Shown one piece after another: positions 26,307 to 35,404 of a DNA stretch of 43,864 nt; within the stretch, counting starts at the first letter, position 1; the number at the start of each line of letters is the position of its first letter. A program made the position numbers and the translations under genes. The notes beneath the pieces were generated by a model. The model saw nothing but the letters and a program-made list of their open reading frames with translations. It ran no database searches and was not told the DNA's origin. This stretch comes from a virus (taxonomy: Duplodnaviria; Caudoviricetes): the IMG/VR virus record IMGVR_UViG_3300049982_000240, positions 1 through 43,864 of that record; one strand, 5' to 3'.

Positions 26307-27194
26307 ATGCATCCAGCCCTGAAAGCGGTCGCTCGTCCGGCCGCGTCTGCCCTCCGTGCCTTCCATGCGAAGGCCCTTCTCGACCGCGTCGGTGCGATCG
26401 ACGCTGCCACCCAGCTCACCCTGGCCATGCAGTACCGCGCGCTCGTCGCGCAGGGCGCACCGCTGCCCCGCGTCGAGGAGACCGGATTCCGGTGCTTCTC
26501 CCAGAACGGCGAGGACGGATGCCTCCTGTACCTGTTCAGCGTGCTCGGCACGACCAACCGCGTGGCCGTGGAGATCGGCGTCGGGACGGGCATCGAGTGC
26601 AACAGCGCAAACCTCGTGGTGAACCACGGCTGGACGGCGCTGATGTTCGAGGGCGACGACCGCGATCTCGCGCTCGGCCGAGCGTTCTACGCCCGGACGC
26701 CCACCACGCGCGCGTGGCCGCCCACTCTCGCCGCGGCGTGGGTGTCCCCGGAGAGCGTGAACAGCCTGATGCAGCAGCATGGCGTCAGCGGCGAGGTCGA
26801 TCTCTTCTCGCTCGATATCGACTCCATCGATCTCCACGTGTGGCGCGGCCTGACGGCGATCTCCCCACGTGTCGTCGTGGTCGAGTACTCCAACCTCTGG
26901 CCTGCTGGCGAGGCGCGCACGCTGCCGATGGGCACGCCGCCGCAGGGAGATTTCCGCGGTGCGTCCCTCGAGGCCTTCGTGGCGGTGGGTCGTGAGAAGG
27001 GTTACCGCCTCGTCGGTGCGGAGCGATACCACTTCAACGCCTTCTTCGTCAGGAACGACGTTGGCTCCGAGCTGCTGCCCGAGGTCGATGTCGCGAGCTG
27101 CCTGACGCACCCGCTCGCGCAGCACGCGCAGGGGGAGCGCCTGGCGGCAGTCCGCGCCTTCCCGTGGGAGACCGTGACCGCGCGTCATCCGTAG
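26307..27194 (+). CDS. FkbM-like SAM-dependent methyltransferase (moron)
   Basis: FSQNGEDG, VEIGVGTGIECNS, DLFSLDIDS.D, PRVVVVEY, GASL.AF...KGYRLVG, NAFFVR. Confidence 0.85.
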   Translation: MHPALKAVARPAASALRAFHAKALLDRVGAIDAATQLTLAMQYRALVAQGAPLPRVEETGFRCFSQNGEDGCLLYLFSVLGTTNRVAVEIGVGTGIECNSANLVVNHGWTALMFEGDDRDLALGRAFYARTPTTRAWPPTLAAAWVSPESVNSLMQQHGVSGEVDLFSLDIDSIDLHVWRGLTAISPRVVVVEYSNLWPAGEARTLPMGTPPQGDFRGASLEAFVAVGREKGYRLVGAERYHFNAFFVRNDVGSELLPEVDVASCLTHPLAQHAQGERLAAVRAFPWETVTARHP

Positions 27195-29974
27195 ATCTCC
27201 ACGACGGCGCGCACGGCGGTCGTACCGGAGCCGATCGTCACACTGCCAGTCGTGTTGTTCTTGATCGTAATGGTGACCGTATCGGTCGCCGTGACGGCCG
27301 CGTGGATCGTCACGCCAGGGGGCAACGCCTGCCCGAACCCGGCGTAGGCCAGCGAGGGGTTCGTCGTGCCGAAGACGGCGCCTGCCACCGTGACTGTGGT
27401 GGACGCATACGCGCCCGCCGCGATCGTGCCGGGGTTCCACGCCACCGAGGCGGACAACTTCTTCGTGATCTTCGTTCCGCCGCCGATCACGAGCCCCACC
27501 GCAGCAGACAGCGTGAGCACGCCGCCGGACAGCGAGGCGACCTGCGTGCCCGACGTCGCACCGGTCGTTGAACCGTCCGCCGCGTTCGGCTTTGCCCCGA
27601 CATAGAACTCGAAGGCGTTCCCGTTCGCGACGATCATGACGCCCGTGCCGTCCGTCGAATTGATCAGGAAGACCCGGGACTTGGCGCCTGCGGCAGTCTG
27701 ATCCTCGACGAGCCCGTCCACCGCGTTGACACTCCGCTGGTGGCGCAGCTGGTTCCCCGTCACGACGACGGTTCCGGTAATCGGGCCACCTGACCGCGGA
27801 TACGCGGAAGGGTCGCCGATCCGGGTGGGGCGTGCCGGGAGCGTCCGCGCCGCCGCCTGCACGGCACGACCCGCCGCGTTGAGTGCGAGCGTGGTCGAGC
27901 TATAGAGAACGTCTGGCGAGTGCCACGGCATGAACGCTTCGAGGCCGTAGTCGAACAGGTGCGTGTAGAACCAGCGGATGAAGGCGCTGTTGACGCTCGG
28001 GATCCGGTACAGCACCTTCACCGTGCCGCCGTCGTCCGGATCGGCCGCGGTGACTGTCGTGGATGCGCCACCAGAGCTGGCGAACATGGGCAGGCGCTGA
28101 TCGATCAGATACGAGAGCGCCGCATCCCCGTTCGTGACGGGCGTCGTCGGGATCGTGGCCGGATCGGTCGAGGTCCCGAGATGGAACGTGTACCCCACCG
28201 CATCACAGAACTCCTCGGGTGCGATCGGAGCCAACTCCGGTCGCGACCAGCTGGTGAGGGCGAGCCGATCCGGGTCTGCGCTCTTGATGGCCTGGTACGC
28301 CGCGGTCAGGAACTGACGTGCCTGCGGGTAGTACAGCAGCTTCTGCGGGTAGCCGAGATGCTCGGTGAGCGTCGTGCTGATCTCGTTGCAGATGTCGAGT
28401 GCCACGAGCGCGCGCGATTCCTTGTAGCGCGCGGCGACGGCCGCGCACAGGTTCACGTAGCCCGCACTGACCGTCGCGTTGGTGACGATCTGCTGCGAGT
28501 ACGCGACGCCACTCCACGCCGTCTGCGAGAAGATCGTGGCGACGACCGACAAGCCGAGATCGTCGCAGATCTCGAGAAAGCGATCAAGGTGCTGCATGTA
28601 GCCCTCGACAAAGCCGGTCCATACGCCGGCGCCGTCGAAGGTGGACAGCGTATCCGCAGAGATCCACACGACGAGGGTGCTCCCAAACCGCCGCTGGTTC
28701 GCGAGATGGGCACGAGTGCGCGACTCATCCCATCCGGTGGTGAGCCACGCGGGTCGTGTTGCCTCGTCGTATGTCGTGAACGTGCCGCCGGTGGCCGAGA
28801 GGCCGAGTCGGTTGAGCGGAACGGGAGTGGCCGCCGCGACAGCTACTTGAATCTCCGTCACGGACAACGTCTCGAGCGCCAAGGTGACGTCAGTGCCCTT
28901 GAACAGCTTGGCGACGATCCCCGTCGCTGTCCCGAGCTGCGTCGCCTTGAGGATGGCGGTCACGCGAACCGGGGCAGACGTATCGGGCAGCTTCAGTGTT
29001 AGAGGCAACGTGCGGAGCGTGGTGCCCGACTGATCACGCAGCACGATCTTGTCGACATAGCCCGCGACGAGCATCGACACTTCGAGGTCGCGGCCCATCG
29101 CGAACGCCGGGATTGCCGCCGTCGGCGCGGTGAGCGAGGCACCGGCGGCCGCAATCCCACTGAGCTGAGCCCAGCGCCTTCCGTTCGCGACGACGTTGCT
29201 GGTATTGGCCGCATCACTCGCGGTCCACCCGGTCAGCGTGCCGTCGGCCAGATCGGGGTTCTGCGCCGCCAGGAAGTTGATCGCGCTATTCAACGAGAAG
29301 GGCACCGTCGGATACATGATCCGGCCGGCCGCCGGCGTGGCGCTCGACGGCACGAGGAGCGGCACCTCCGTCAGCGTGCTCCACGGCTTCTCGGCGGTCG
29401 CAGCGGCGGCCAACGCGGCAGCTGCCGACACGTCGGCGTGCGCATTCGCGCTTGTCAGCGTCGCCGCGTCCCCTGTGGTCACGCCGTCGACGACGGCCTG
29501 CAGCTGGAGGTCGACGTAGTCCTGCACCGACGGCGTGGCGTCGACCACCGGCAGCCCGTTCGTCAGGCTCTCGTTCGAAACGAGCGCGCCGCGCACGAGC
29601 TCCGTCGTCCGGCCGAGGGAGTCCAGCACTTCGACCCAGAACACCCGCGACACCGACAGCAGCGCCGTCTCCGCCCCCGACAGCTGGAAGTAGAGCGCGC
29701 CTGTGCCCGTCTCGGACGCGTCGTCGGTGATCTGCCCCGCCAGCACGTTCGGCGCCGTGGTGATCGCCTTCGTGACCAGGTAGGCGTCCTCCGCCGAGGT
29801 GAACTCGGGGGCGACGGTGAGCGTCGCCGACGCGAGCGCGACCCCCATCGCGGCGTCCTGCGCCGGCAGCCGCACCGGGTCATAGGACAGCTGCAGCGGG
29901 ACGCCGGTGTTAAACCCGGCGATCGTCTGGGGACGGTCCAGCACTGCCGCGCCGCTCGAGGTGCGGAGGATCAT
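27185..29974 (-). CDS. Fibre/spike-like virion protein with a central GH5/clan-A TIM-barrel-like domain
   Basis: LDRFLEICDDLGLSVVATIF, VAARYK...LVALDICNE, YQAIKSADPDRL. C-terminal fibre-like ASTTVTVAGA...TDTVTITIKN. Confidence 0.7.
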   Translation of the reverse strand: MILRTSSGAAVLDRPQTIAGFNTGVPLQLSYDPVRLPAQDAAMGVALASATLTVAPEFTSAEDAYLVTKAITTAPNVLAGQITDDASETGTGALYFQLSGAETALLSVSRVFWVEVLDSLGRTTELVRGALVSNESLTNGLPVVDATPSVQDYVDLQLQAVVDGVTTGDAATLTSANAHADVSAAAALAAAATAEKPWSTLTEVPLLVPSSATPAAGRIMYPTVPFSLNSAINFLAAQNPDLADGTLTGWTASDAANTSNVVANGRRWAQLSGIAAAGASLTAPTAAIPAFAMGRDLEVSMLVAGYVDKIVLRDQSGTTLRTLPLTLKLPDTSAPVRVTAILKATQLGTATGIVAKLFKGTDVTLALETLSVTEIQVAVAAATPVPLNRLGLSATGGTFTTYDEATRPAWLTTGWDESRTRAHLANQRRFGSTLVVWISADTLSTFDGAGVWTGFVEGYMQHLDRFLEICDDLGLSVVATIFSQTAWSGVAYSQQIVTNATVSAGYVNLCAAVAARYKESRALVALDICNEISTTLTEHLGYPQKLLYYPQARQFLTAAYQAIKSADPDRLALTSWSRPELAPIAPEEFCDAVGYTFHLGTSTDPATIPTTPVTNGDAALSYLIDQRLPMFASSGGASTTVTAADPDDGGTVKVLYRIPSVNSAFIRWFYTHLFDYGLEAFMPWHSPDVLYSSTTLALNAAGRAVQAAARTLPARPTRIGDPSAYPRSGGPITGTVVVTGNQLRHQRSVNAVDGLVEDQTAAGAKSRVFLINSTDGTGVMIVANGNAFEFYVGAKPNAADGSTTGATSGTQVASLSGGVLTLSAAVGLVIGGGTKITKKLSASVAWNPGTIAAGAYASTTVTVAGAVFGTTNPSLAYAGFGQALPPGVTIHAAVTATDTVTITIKNNTTGSVTIGSGTTAVRAVVEIYG

Positions 29975-30825
29975 GCTGCCTCCTCCAGCATGAGCAGCAT
30001 CGCGGCCCACTCCTCCAGGGACTCATCGGGCGGCGTCGGCGTGCTGCCGCGGCCCAGGGAGACAGCCAGGGTGGACGCGCCTGCGGTCGCGACCGGGAAC
30101 TTCAGCACGCGCGTCTCGCGCGTCACCTCGCGCTCCGGCGTGGGGCGCGCGCTGCTCCGGCCGCCGAACCAGGCATACCCGCCGACCGATGGCGTGGCCG
30201 GCGCCGCGCTTCCTGGGGTCGAGAGATCCACCGCGAGGTCGCTCGCGCCGGTCGTGGGCACGGTCAGCAAACCATGGGCGCCGCCGACGCTGATCCCCAT
30301 CGCGCCAGCGCCAGCAGTCGCGAGCCCGAAGACGCGCACCGCCTGGAGCGTGGCCACGGTCAGACTCGTGCCCACGGTCGCCGGCGTGATCACCCGCAGC
30401 GCGACGAGCGGCGCGGCGAGTGCCGCCTGGCCGGAGGTCAGGACGGCGAGGGCGCCGATCTCGCTCAACACGAGCGTGAGATTGCTGCGGCCAGCCGTGG
30501 GCACCGCCCGGACTCCGATCATGCGCAGCGCCGCGGTGTCGCTCGCCGCGCCGGTGGTCGCCGGCGCGAGGACGCCGACCTTGCGGAGCACGAGGTCCGT
30601 GGTGCCCGTGCCGCTCGTTGCGGTGGAGAGCACGCCGACAGCGATCAGGGCGGCCGCGACGATGCTGGCGCCGGCGGTCGCGATCGCGTCCAGGATCTTC
30701 GGGCCGCCCGCGCTCAGCGTGGTCGTGGTGTCGCCGCCAAGACGACGGCGCAGGAGCGCACGCTGCCGCCCGCGCAGTGCGCCCCGTCGCCGTCCGCCGC
30801 CTCGCCCGCCGCCGTGGATGCTCAT
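29971..30825 (-). CDS. Ala/Thr/Gly-rich repetitive virion-associated protein
   Basis: Arg-rich N-terminus, imperfect A/T-T-G-x-S repeats, acidic-hydrophobic C-tail; coupled. Confidence 0.6.
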   Translation of the reverse strand: MSIHGGGRGGGRRRGALRGRQRALLRRRLGGDTTTTLSAGGPKILDAIATAGASIVAAALIAVGVLSTATSGTGTTDLVLRKVGVLAPATTGAASDTAALRMIGVRAVPTAGRSNLTLVLSEIGALAVLTSGQAALAAPLVALRVITPATVGTSLTVATLQAVRVFGLATAGAGAMGISVGGAHGLLTVPTTGASDLAVDLSTPGSAAPATPSVGGYAWFGGRSSARPTPEREVTRETRVLKFPVATAGASTLAVSLGRGSTPTPPDESLEEWAAMLLMLEEAA

Positions 30826-31403
30826 CAGTTACTCAGCCACGCCCTGAACTGGTGCGTCTGGATCGAGTTCGCGTTGGAGAGCGACCAGGTCGCGAACAGG
30901 TCGAGGTAGTTCGCCACCGTCGCGTCGAACCCGGTGCCGACGGCGGGGGCGGCGTTCGGCAGCATGTGGGTGCCGGCGCCGCCGGCGGACGGGAGCGGCG
31001 AGCCGATGACCGACTCCGATGTCCATTCCGCCTGGTGGTGCCACTGCGCCGCCGTGCCGCTGCCGACCGACCGCAGCGTGAGCTCCCACCAGAGCGCCCA
31101 GGGGACGTTCGTCTTCGCCACGGTGTTGAGGGCCATCGCCCCGCCGTTCGCGACGACGATCGTCGGCGGTAGCGCGGGGCCCATGCGCACGTCGAGCGTG
31201 AGCGTGCCGGGCGTCGTGACGATGTTGGAGACCCGGCCCGCGGCGAAGAGGCGGAGCACCTGCCCGACGCGGTACAGGTACCCGGCCGGGATGATGAGGC
31301 GCCCGGTGGGATGCAGGATCGACGTCGCTGCCACCGAGGCGGTGAGCGCCGTGCCGTCCTGCTGCTGGCTGCCGAGCAGCTCCTCGAAGACCTGTCCGAA
31401 CAT
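30825..31403 (-). CDS. Beta-rich putative structural protein
   Basis: GGAGG RBS; beta-sandwich-like composition. Confidence 0.7.
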   Translation of the reverse strand: MFGQVFEELLGSQQQDGTALTASVAATSILHPTGRLIIPAGYLYRVGQVLRLFAAGRVSNIVTTPGTLTLDVRMGPALPPTIVVANGGAMALNTVAKTNVPWALWWELTLRSVGSGTAAQWHHQAEWTSESVIGSPLPSAGGAGTHMLPNAAPAVGTGFDATVANYLDLFATWSLSNANSIQTHQFRAWLSN

Positions 31404-31412
31404 GGCGGCCTC

Positions 31413-31814
31413 CTAGCTCTCGTCGTGGGTGAGTGCGCCGACGGGGATGCGCGGGATGTCGCCGGCGCTGTACGTCTTCGGCGTCAGGGCCTTCACGAGC
31501 ATCCAGTTGCCGAGGTGATCCTGGATCCCGGCGCCGACCACGATGACGTCCGCGCCGGCGATGGCCGGGAAGTCGATCGTCCCGGCGTTCGAGGTGCGCT
31601 GCGCCCCACCGTTGTCGGCACTCGCGCCATAGCCGCAGTCCTGCGCGGCATAGCCGACGTAGCTGGCCTCGGTGACCGTGCCCGCCTCGGCGTCCGTGAT
31701 GGCGACCAGGAGCCCGACTTTCACCGACGTCGGCCGCGTCGGCGCGGCCGCGCCGGGGCGCAGGAAGTAGTCGATGACCGCGGTCTCGAAGTAGGTCGTC
31801 TTCTCGTTCGCCAT
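31413..31814 (-). CDS. Small fibre-anchor-like structural protein
   Basis: T.YFETAVIDYFLR...VGL...EASYVGYA.Q...SNAGTIDFP...GD..RIP.GAL pattern common in phage minor structural proteins. Confidence 0.7.
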   Translation of the reverse strand: MANEKTTYFETAVIDYFLRPGAAAPTRPTSVKVGLLVAITDAEAGTVTEASYVGYAAQDCGYGASADNGGAQRTSNAGTIDFPAIAGADVIVVGAGIQDHLGNWMLVKALTPKTYSAGDIPRIPVGALTHDES

Positions 31815-34800
31815 CAGCCGCCCTCCTCGGTGCCGTCACCGAGGGAGCCGGTCACGACCTCCCCGTTCGGCTTCGTGATAGTGATCGAGCGCTTGCCCGG
31901 CTTCGCCGCCTCGAGCGTCAGGTTGAGCGTGATCGGCGCCGGGGCCGTGGGCGCCAGGCGCGCGGCGAGGTGTGTCATGCGGGTCTCGAGCTCCGCGGTC
32001 GCGGCCGCCCGCAGCTCGGTCAGCAACGCCGCGCGGTCCTCGGCCGAGAAGGGCACGGGGCCCTTCGACGCCGGCACGAGCGGGGTGGACTCCTTATCCG
32101 TGATGTAGATCCAGATGCAGCGGCAGTGCTGCTCGGTCCCCGCGCAGCGCGGGTTCGGGCACTGCACGCCGGAGACGTCCTCGGGGTAGTCGATCGGGAA
32201 CTCGGCGCCGTCCCACTTCGCACACTCGTCGCAGGTCCCGAGGTCCATCACCGCGGAGTAGACCTTCCGCACGAAGCCGATCGGTGCGCCCGCCGAGTCG
32301 ACGATCCCGGAGCGTCCGCCGCCGCCGCCGCTCTGGGTCGCCGGCGCGGTCACGGCCTCCGCCATGTCGCTGCGCCCGATGCCGAAGCCGACGTTCACGA
32401 CGCTCTGGACGGCCTGCTGCGTGCGGCCAGTCGAGAGGCCGAGCAGCGACGCCTTCGACGCGGAGGAGACGATGCTGCCGAGCAGCGCCGCTTCGGCCCC
32501 CGCGGCCTGCGTGAGTGCGGTCAGGATCGATGTCCGCACGCTCTGCTCGCGGCGCACGACCTCGCTCTCCACGGCGGCGTCCACCTGGGCGGACAGGCGG
32601 AGGTCGCGCGCGCGCTTCTCGGCGGACGTCTCGTCGTCGCCATGCGCCAGGAGGCGGAGCTTGTTCCCGATGAGCCGGCGGATCCGGGAGTAGGTGCTCG
32701 GCTCGGCCACTCCGACGTCGCCCCACGGCAGCGAGGGCGCGCGCTGCGCGCCGACGCCTGCCGGACCCACCTGCCGGTCGACCTCGTTCTTGACTGCCTG
32801 CGTGCCGTAGTCGCGCGCCCGCTTCGCTGCGGCGGTGAGCACGGCACGCAGCTGCTCGCGCAGTTCGTCGGGTACGGCGATCGTGCGTACCGCCGCTGAC
32901 AGGGCCTCGGCGGAATCGTTCGCGTGCGCCTCCACCTGGGCGGCGAGATCCTCGTCGATCGTGCGCAGGACGTCCTGCACCTCCCCGGTGAGCCGCGCCG
33001 CCTGCAGGTCGAGGTCGCGGATCAGCACCTCGGGGCGGACGATCGACGCCTCCCACGTGCTGAACTCGCGCGTGCGGTACGTCGACACGCCCTGCTGTGC
33101 GGGTTCAGGCGCGCCGTCGGCGAGCTGCACCGCGAGCTCGATCGCGCGCGACGCTGCGACGAGGGCGGGGCGGGGTGCTGGTACGGTTCCCCCTGCGGTT
33201 CCGGGCGCAGGCGGAGTTGCCTGCGAACCGCCCGTACCAGCACCGTCATCCGCTCCGCTCGTCGCGGCGCCCGCGACCGGGTTCGGCGTCGTCGGCGTTG
33301 TCGTGCCAGCCGACGCCATCAGCTGCTCCGCCTTGTCGGGCGTGAGGTTGAAGAACACCTGCAGCATCGCCACGCCGGCGTCGCGTGGAAGCTGTCCGGC
33401 GGCTACGGCCAGGACGATGTCCTTCGCGCTGGAGATCTGCGCGCCGTTGAGCACCGTCGCCTGCGTCACCTGAATGTGCTGGTCGCTGGCGCCGACGGTC
33501 GCATCGTCCGCGGCGGGCGCGTCTGCGGCGCCGGTCACCGCGTTCGTCGCATCCGTGCTCTCGGTCGCCGCTCCATGCGCCTCCTGTAGCACCTCGAGCG
33601 GTACCGTCGGCATGCCGAACACGTCGCGCACCAGCACCTCGTCTTCCGGGCGCGGGTTCAGCAGCTTCACGCCGATCAGCGACTGGAGCGCGGTTGCCAT
33701 CGCGCCGTTCAGCTTCACGCGCTGCGTCGGCTGGAAGTTCGGATAGCTCTTCTGCGGCCCGTAGTTCAGGTCAACGAGGTACTTGATCAGTTGCTCGTTG
33801 ATGATCGACGCGAGCTCCTCGCAGTCGGCCTGCACGAGCGCGCCCATCTGCTCGACCATCGTCTCGCCAACCGAACGCGAGCCGGTCTGCGTCGAGCCGA
33901 GCTCGGACGACTGCGTGAGGAAAGTCTTCGCGATCGCGATGTCGTAGTACCGAACCCACTCCAGCATCGACAACGTCGTCTTGCCGTCGTCCGAGGCCAG
34001 CGTGATCTTCCCGCCGGCCGGGTGCAGCAGGTAGTTGTCCCCGCGCGCGCGCATAGTCGCGAAGAACGCCGCGAGCGACTGGCGCTCCACGTGCGTCCAG
34101 CCCTCGCCCTCCTCGATGATCGGGAGCCCGACGGCGAAGCGGTCCATGTGCAGCAGGTTCAGCTTCTCGACCTGGCTCTTGAACGTCCACGCCTTGAAGC
34201 AGTGGCGCGCCGGAGGCACGCCCCAGCGATCGTCACCCTGCTGGTCGTAGGTCCAGAGGAGCAGCTTCTCGGCGGGAATCTCGACCCGGCGGTAGCTCGC
34301 GCCGGTGAACCCGTTCTGCACCACCGAGATCAGGTCGCCCTGCTCGCTGATCCGGAAGGTCTCGACCGAGGGCTGGCGGAGGTGCGCGACCTTGGCGAGG
34401 TAGATGCCACGACGCTGCGAGCGCGCGGGGCGGCGCGTCTTCGCGCGGCCGATGATCCCCGCGACGGGGCGATCGGCCCACGTGAAGACCGGCTCGACGG
34501 CCCCGAAGCCGTAGTGGATCCCTCCGCCGCCGAGCAGCCGGAGGATCGCGTCGAGCTGCGGGTAGATGTTGTCCTCGACGAACTCGAGGATCTCGACGCC
34601 GAGCGGGGTCTTGTCCTCGCTCGCCAGCACCCAGTTGGCGGCGTTGATCTCCTGGCGGCGTGCGTCGATCGCGGCGTGCACCGCGTGGTCGGACGCCCGC
34701 ATCTCCTCGAAGATCTGCATGCGGCGGACAGGGTCCGCCATCTCACGCTGGTAGTCGTCCGGCGTGGTCGTGCCGTCGGGGCCGCGCGGCGTGCCTGAGT

Positions 34801-34888
34801 AGCTCTGCTGCGCGAGCGCCCCAGACGGCGGTGAGACCGCTGCCAGGGCGTTCGGGTTGTTCGCAGCTAGGCTGGACGACTGCGCCAT
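31814..34888 (-). CDS. Portal protein (DUF935/Mu gp29-like) fused to a gpF-like head morphogenesis domain
   Basis: N-terminal FEEM..SD.AV.AA...RR, YGFGAVE, DRFAVGLP, GSRSVG, INEQLI..LVDLNYG. C-terminal YSAVMD..TCDEC..WDG...PNP.C...CRC. Confidence 0.85.
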   Translation of the reverse strand: MAQSSSLAANNPNALAAVSPPSGALAQQSYSGTPRGPDGTTTPDDYQREMADPVRRMQIFEEMRASDHAVHAAIDARRQEINAANWVLASEDKTPLGVEILEFVEDNIYPQLDAILRLLGGGGIHYGFGAVEPVFTWADRPVAGIIGRAKTRRPARSQRRGIYLAKVAHLRQPSVETFRISEQGDLISVVQNGFTGASYRRVEIPAEKLLLWTYDQQGDDRWGVPPARHCFKAWTFKSQVEKLNLLHMDRFAVGLPIIEEGEGWTHVERQSLAAFFATMRARGDNYLLHPAGGKITLASDDGKTTLSMLEWVRYYDIAIAKTFLTQSSELGSTQTGSRSVGETMVEQMGALVQADCEELASIINEQLIKYLVDLNYGPQKSYPNFQPTQRVKLNGAMATALQSLIGVKLLNPRPEDEVLVRDVFGMPTVPLEVLQEAHGAATESTDATNAVTGAADAPAADDATVGASDQHIQVTQATVLNGAQISSAKDIVLAVAAGQLPRDAGVAMLQVFFNLTPDKAEQLMASAGTTTPTTPNPVAGAATSGADDGAGTGGSQATPPAPGTAGGTVPAPRPALVAASRAIELAVQLADGAPEPAQQGVSTYRTREFSTWEASIVRPEVLIRDLDLQAARLTGEVQDVLRTIDEDLAAQVEAHANDSAEALSAAVRTIAVPDELREQLRAVLTAAAKRARDYGTQAVKNEVDRQVGPAGVGAQRAPSLPWGDVGVAEPSTYSRIRRLIGNKLRLLAHGDDETSAEKRARDLRLSAQVDAAVESEVVRREQSVRTSILTALTQAAGAEAALLGSIVSSASKASLLGLSTGRTQQAVQSVVNVGFGIGRSDMAEAVTAPATQSGGGGGRSGIVDSAGAPIGFVRKVYSAVMDLGTCDECAKWDGAEFPIDYPEDVSGVQCPNPRCAGTEQHCRCIWIYITDKESTPLVPASKGPVPFSAEDRAALLTELRAAATAELETRMTHLAARLAPTAPAPITLNLTLEAAKPGKRSITITKPNGEVVTGSLGDGTEEGG

Positions 34889-34889
34889 G

Positions 34890-35010
34890 CGGCCCGGGAA
34901 CGAAAAGCAGCCCCACCGTCCGACAGAGATGCGCCCGACTGAGTGTCGGTGCGCGCTGTCAGGACTTGTGGGACCGCTCTGCGGGTCCGCTCCGGGCCGA
35001 ACTGTGGCCG
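34890..35010 (-). ncRNA. Highly structured 5' leader of the portal/late operon
   Basis: Nested stems closed by a perfect 8-bp pair (34890-34897 with 34992-34999) one nt before the portal ATG. Confidence 0.55.
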
Positions 35011-35017
35011 CTAGGCC

Positions 35018-35046
35018 ATACTAGGTACGAACCGCCGAGGGCGCAA
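35018..35046 (-). promoter_or_regulatory. Late-operon promoter
   Basis: -35 TTGCGC (35041-35046), 17 bp, -10 TAGTAT (35018-35023). Confidence 0.7.
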
Positions 35047-35050
35047 GAGG

Positions 35051-35395
35051 CTAGCCGCCCTCACCTCTCGGCGTGAGACGCTTCAAGCGCGGATCGTCTG
35101 GCAGTCTGGCATGTTCGAACAGATGCAGAAGCCATTGGTAATACGTTTCTGCGGAGACGATCGAGTCCTGCAATTGTACCTGGATCTCGTTGATCTCTCC
35201 GATACGGAGTGCACGGTCCGTCGACCGCTCGGCGAGGTCTATAGCTGCTTTCACCAGCAGTTCACGTCGGCGGGCGGCCCGCTCCAGTCTTTGCCCCACT
35301 AATGTGCCGACGGTCGATACCAATGCGCCGACTCCAGCGGCTGCGAGGAGTAACGGCCAGGTCTGGGCAGAAGAAGATAGTTCAAGCATGCGCAT
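35051..35395 (-). CDS. Membrane-anchored moron protein
   Basis: N-terminal TM; visibly more AT-rich codons than neighbours; inserted between TerL and portal. Confidence 0.7.
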   Translation of the reverse strand: MRMLELSSSAQTWPLLLAAAGVGALVSTVGTLVGQRLERAARRRELLVKAAIDLAERSTDRALRIGEINEIQVQLQDSIVSAETYYQWLLHLFEHARLPDDPRLKRLTPRGEGG

Positions 35396-35404
35396 ATACT
35401 GTGA

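Noticed and set aside
13482-29974. Diversity-generating retroelement or invertible tail-fibre system
   Set aside because: No reverse transcriptase, TR/VR pair or invertase seen.
21682-34888. Transposable Mu-like phage
   Set aside because: Head genes are Mu-like, but there is no DDE transposase or MuB. A tyrosine integrase and an SF3 helicase are present instead.
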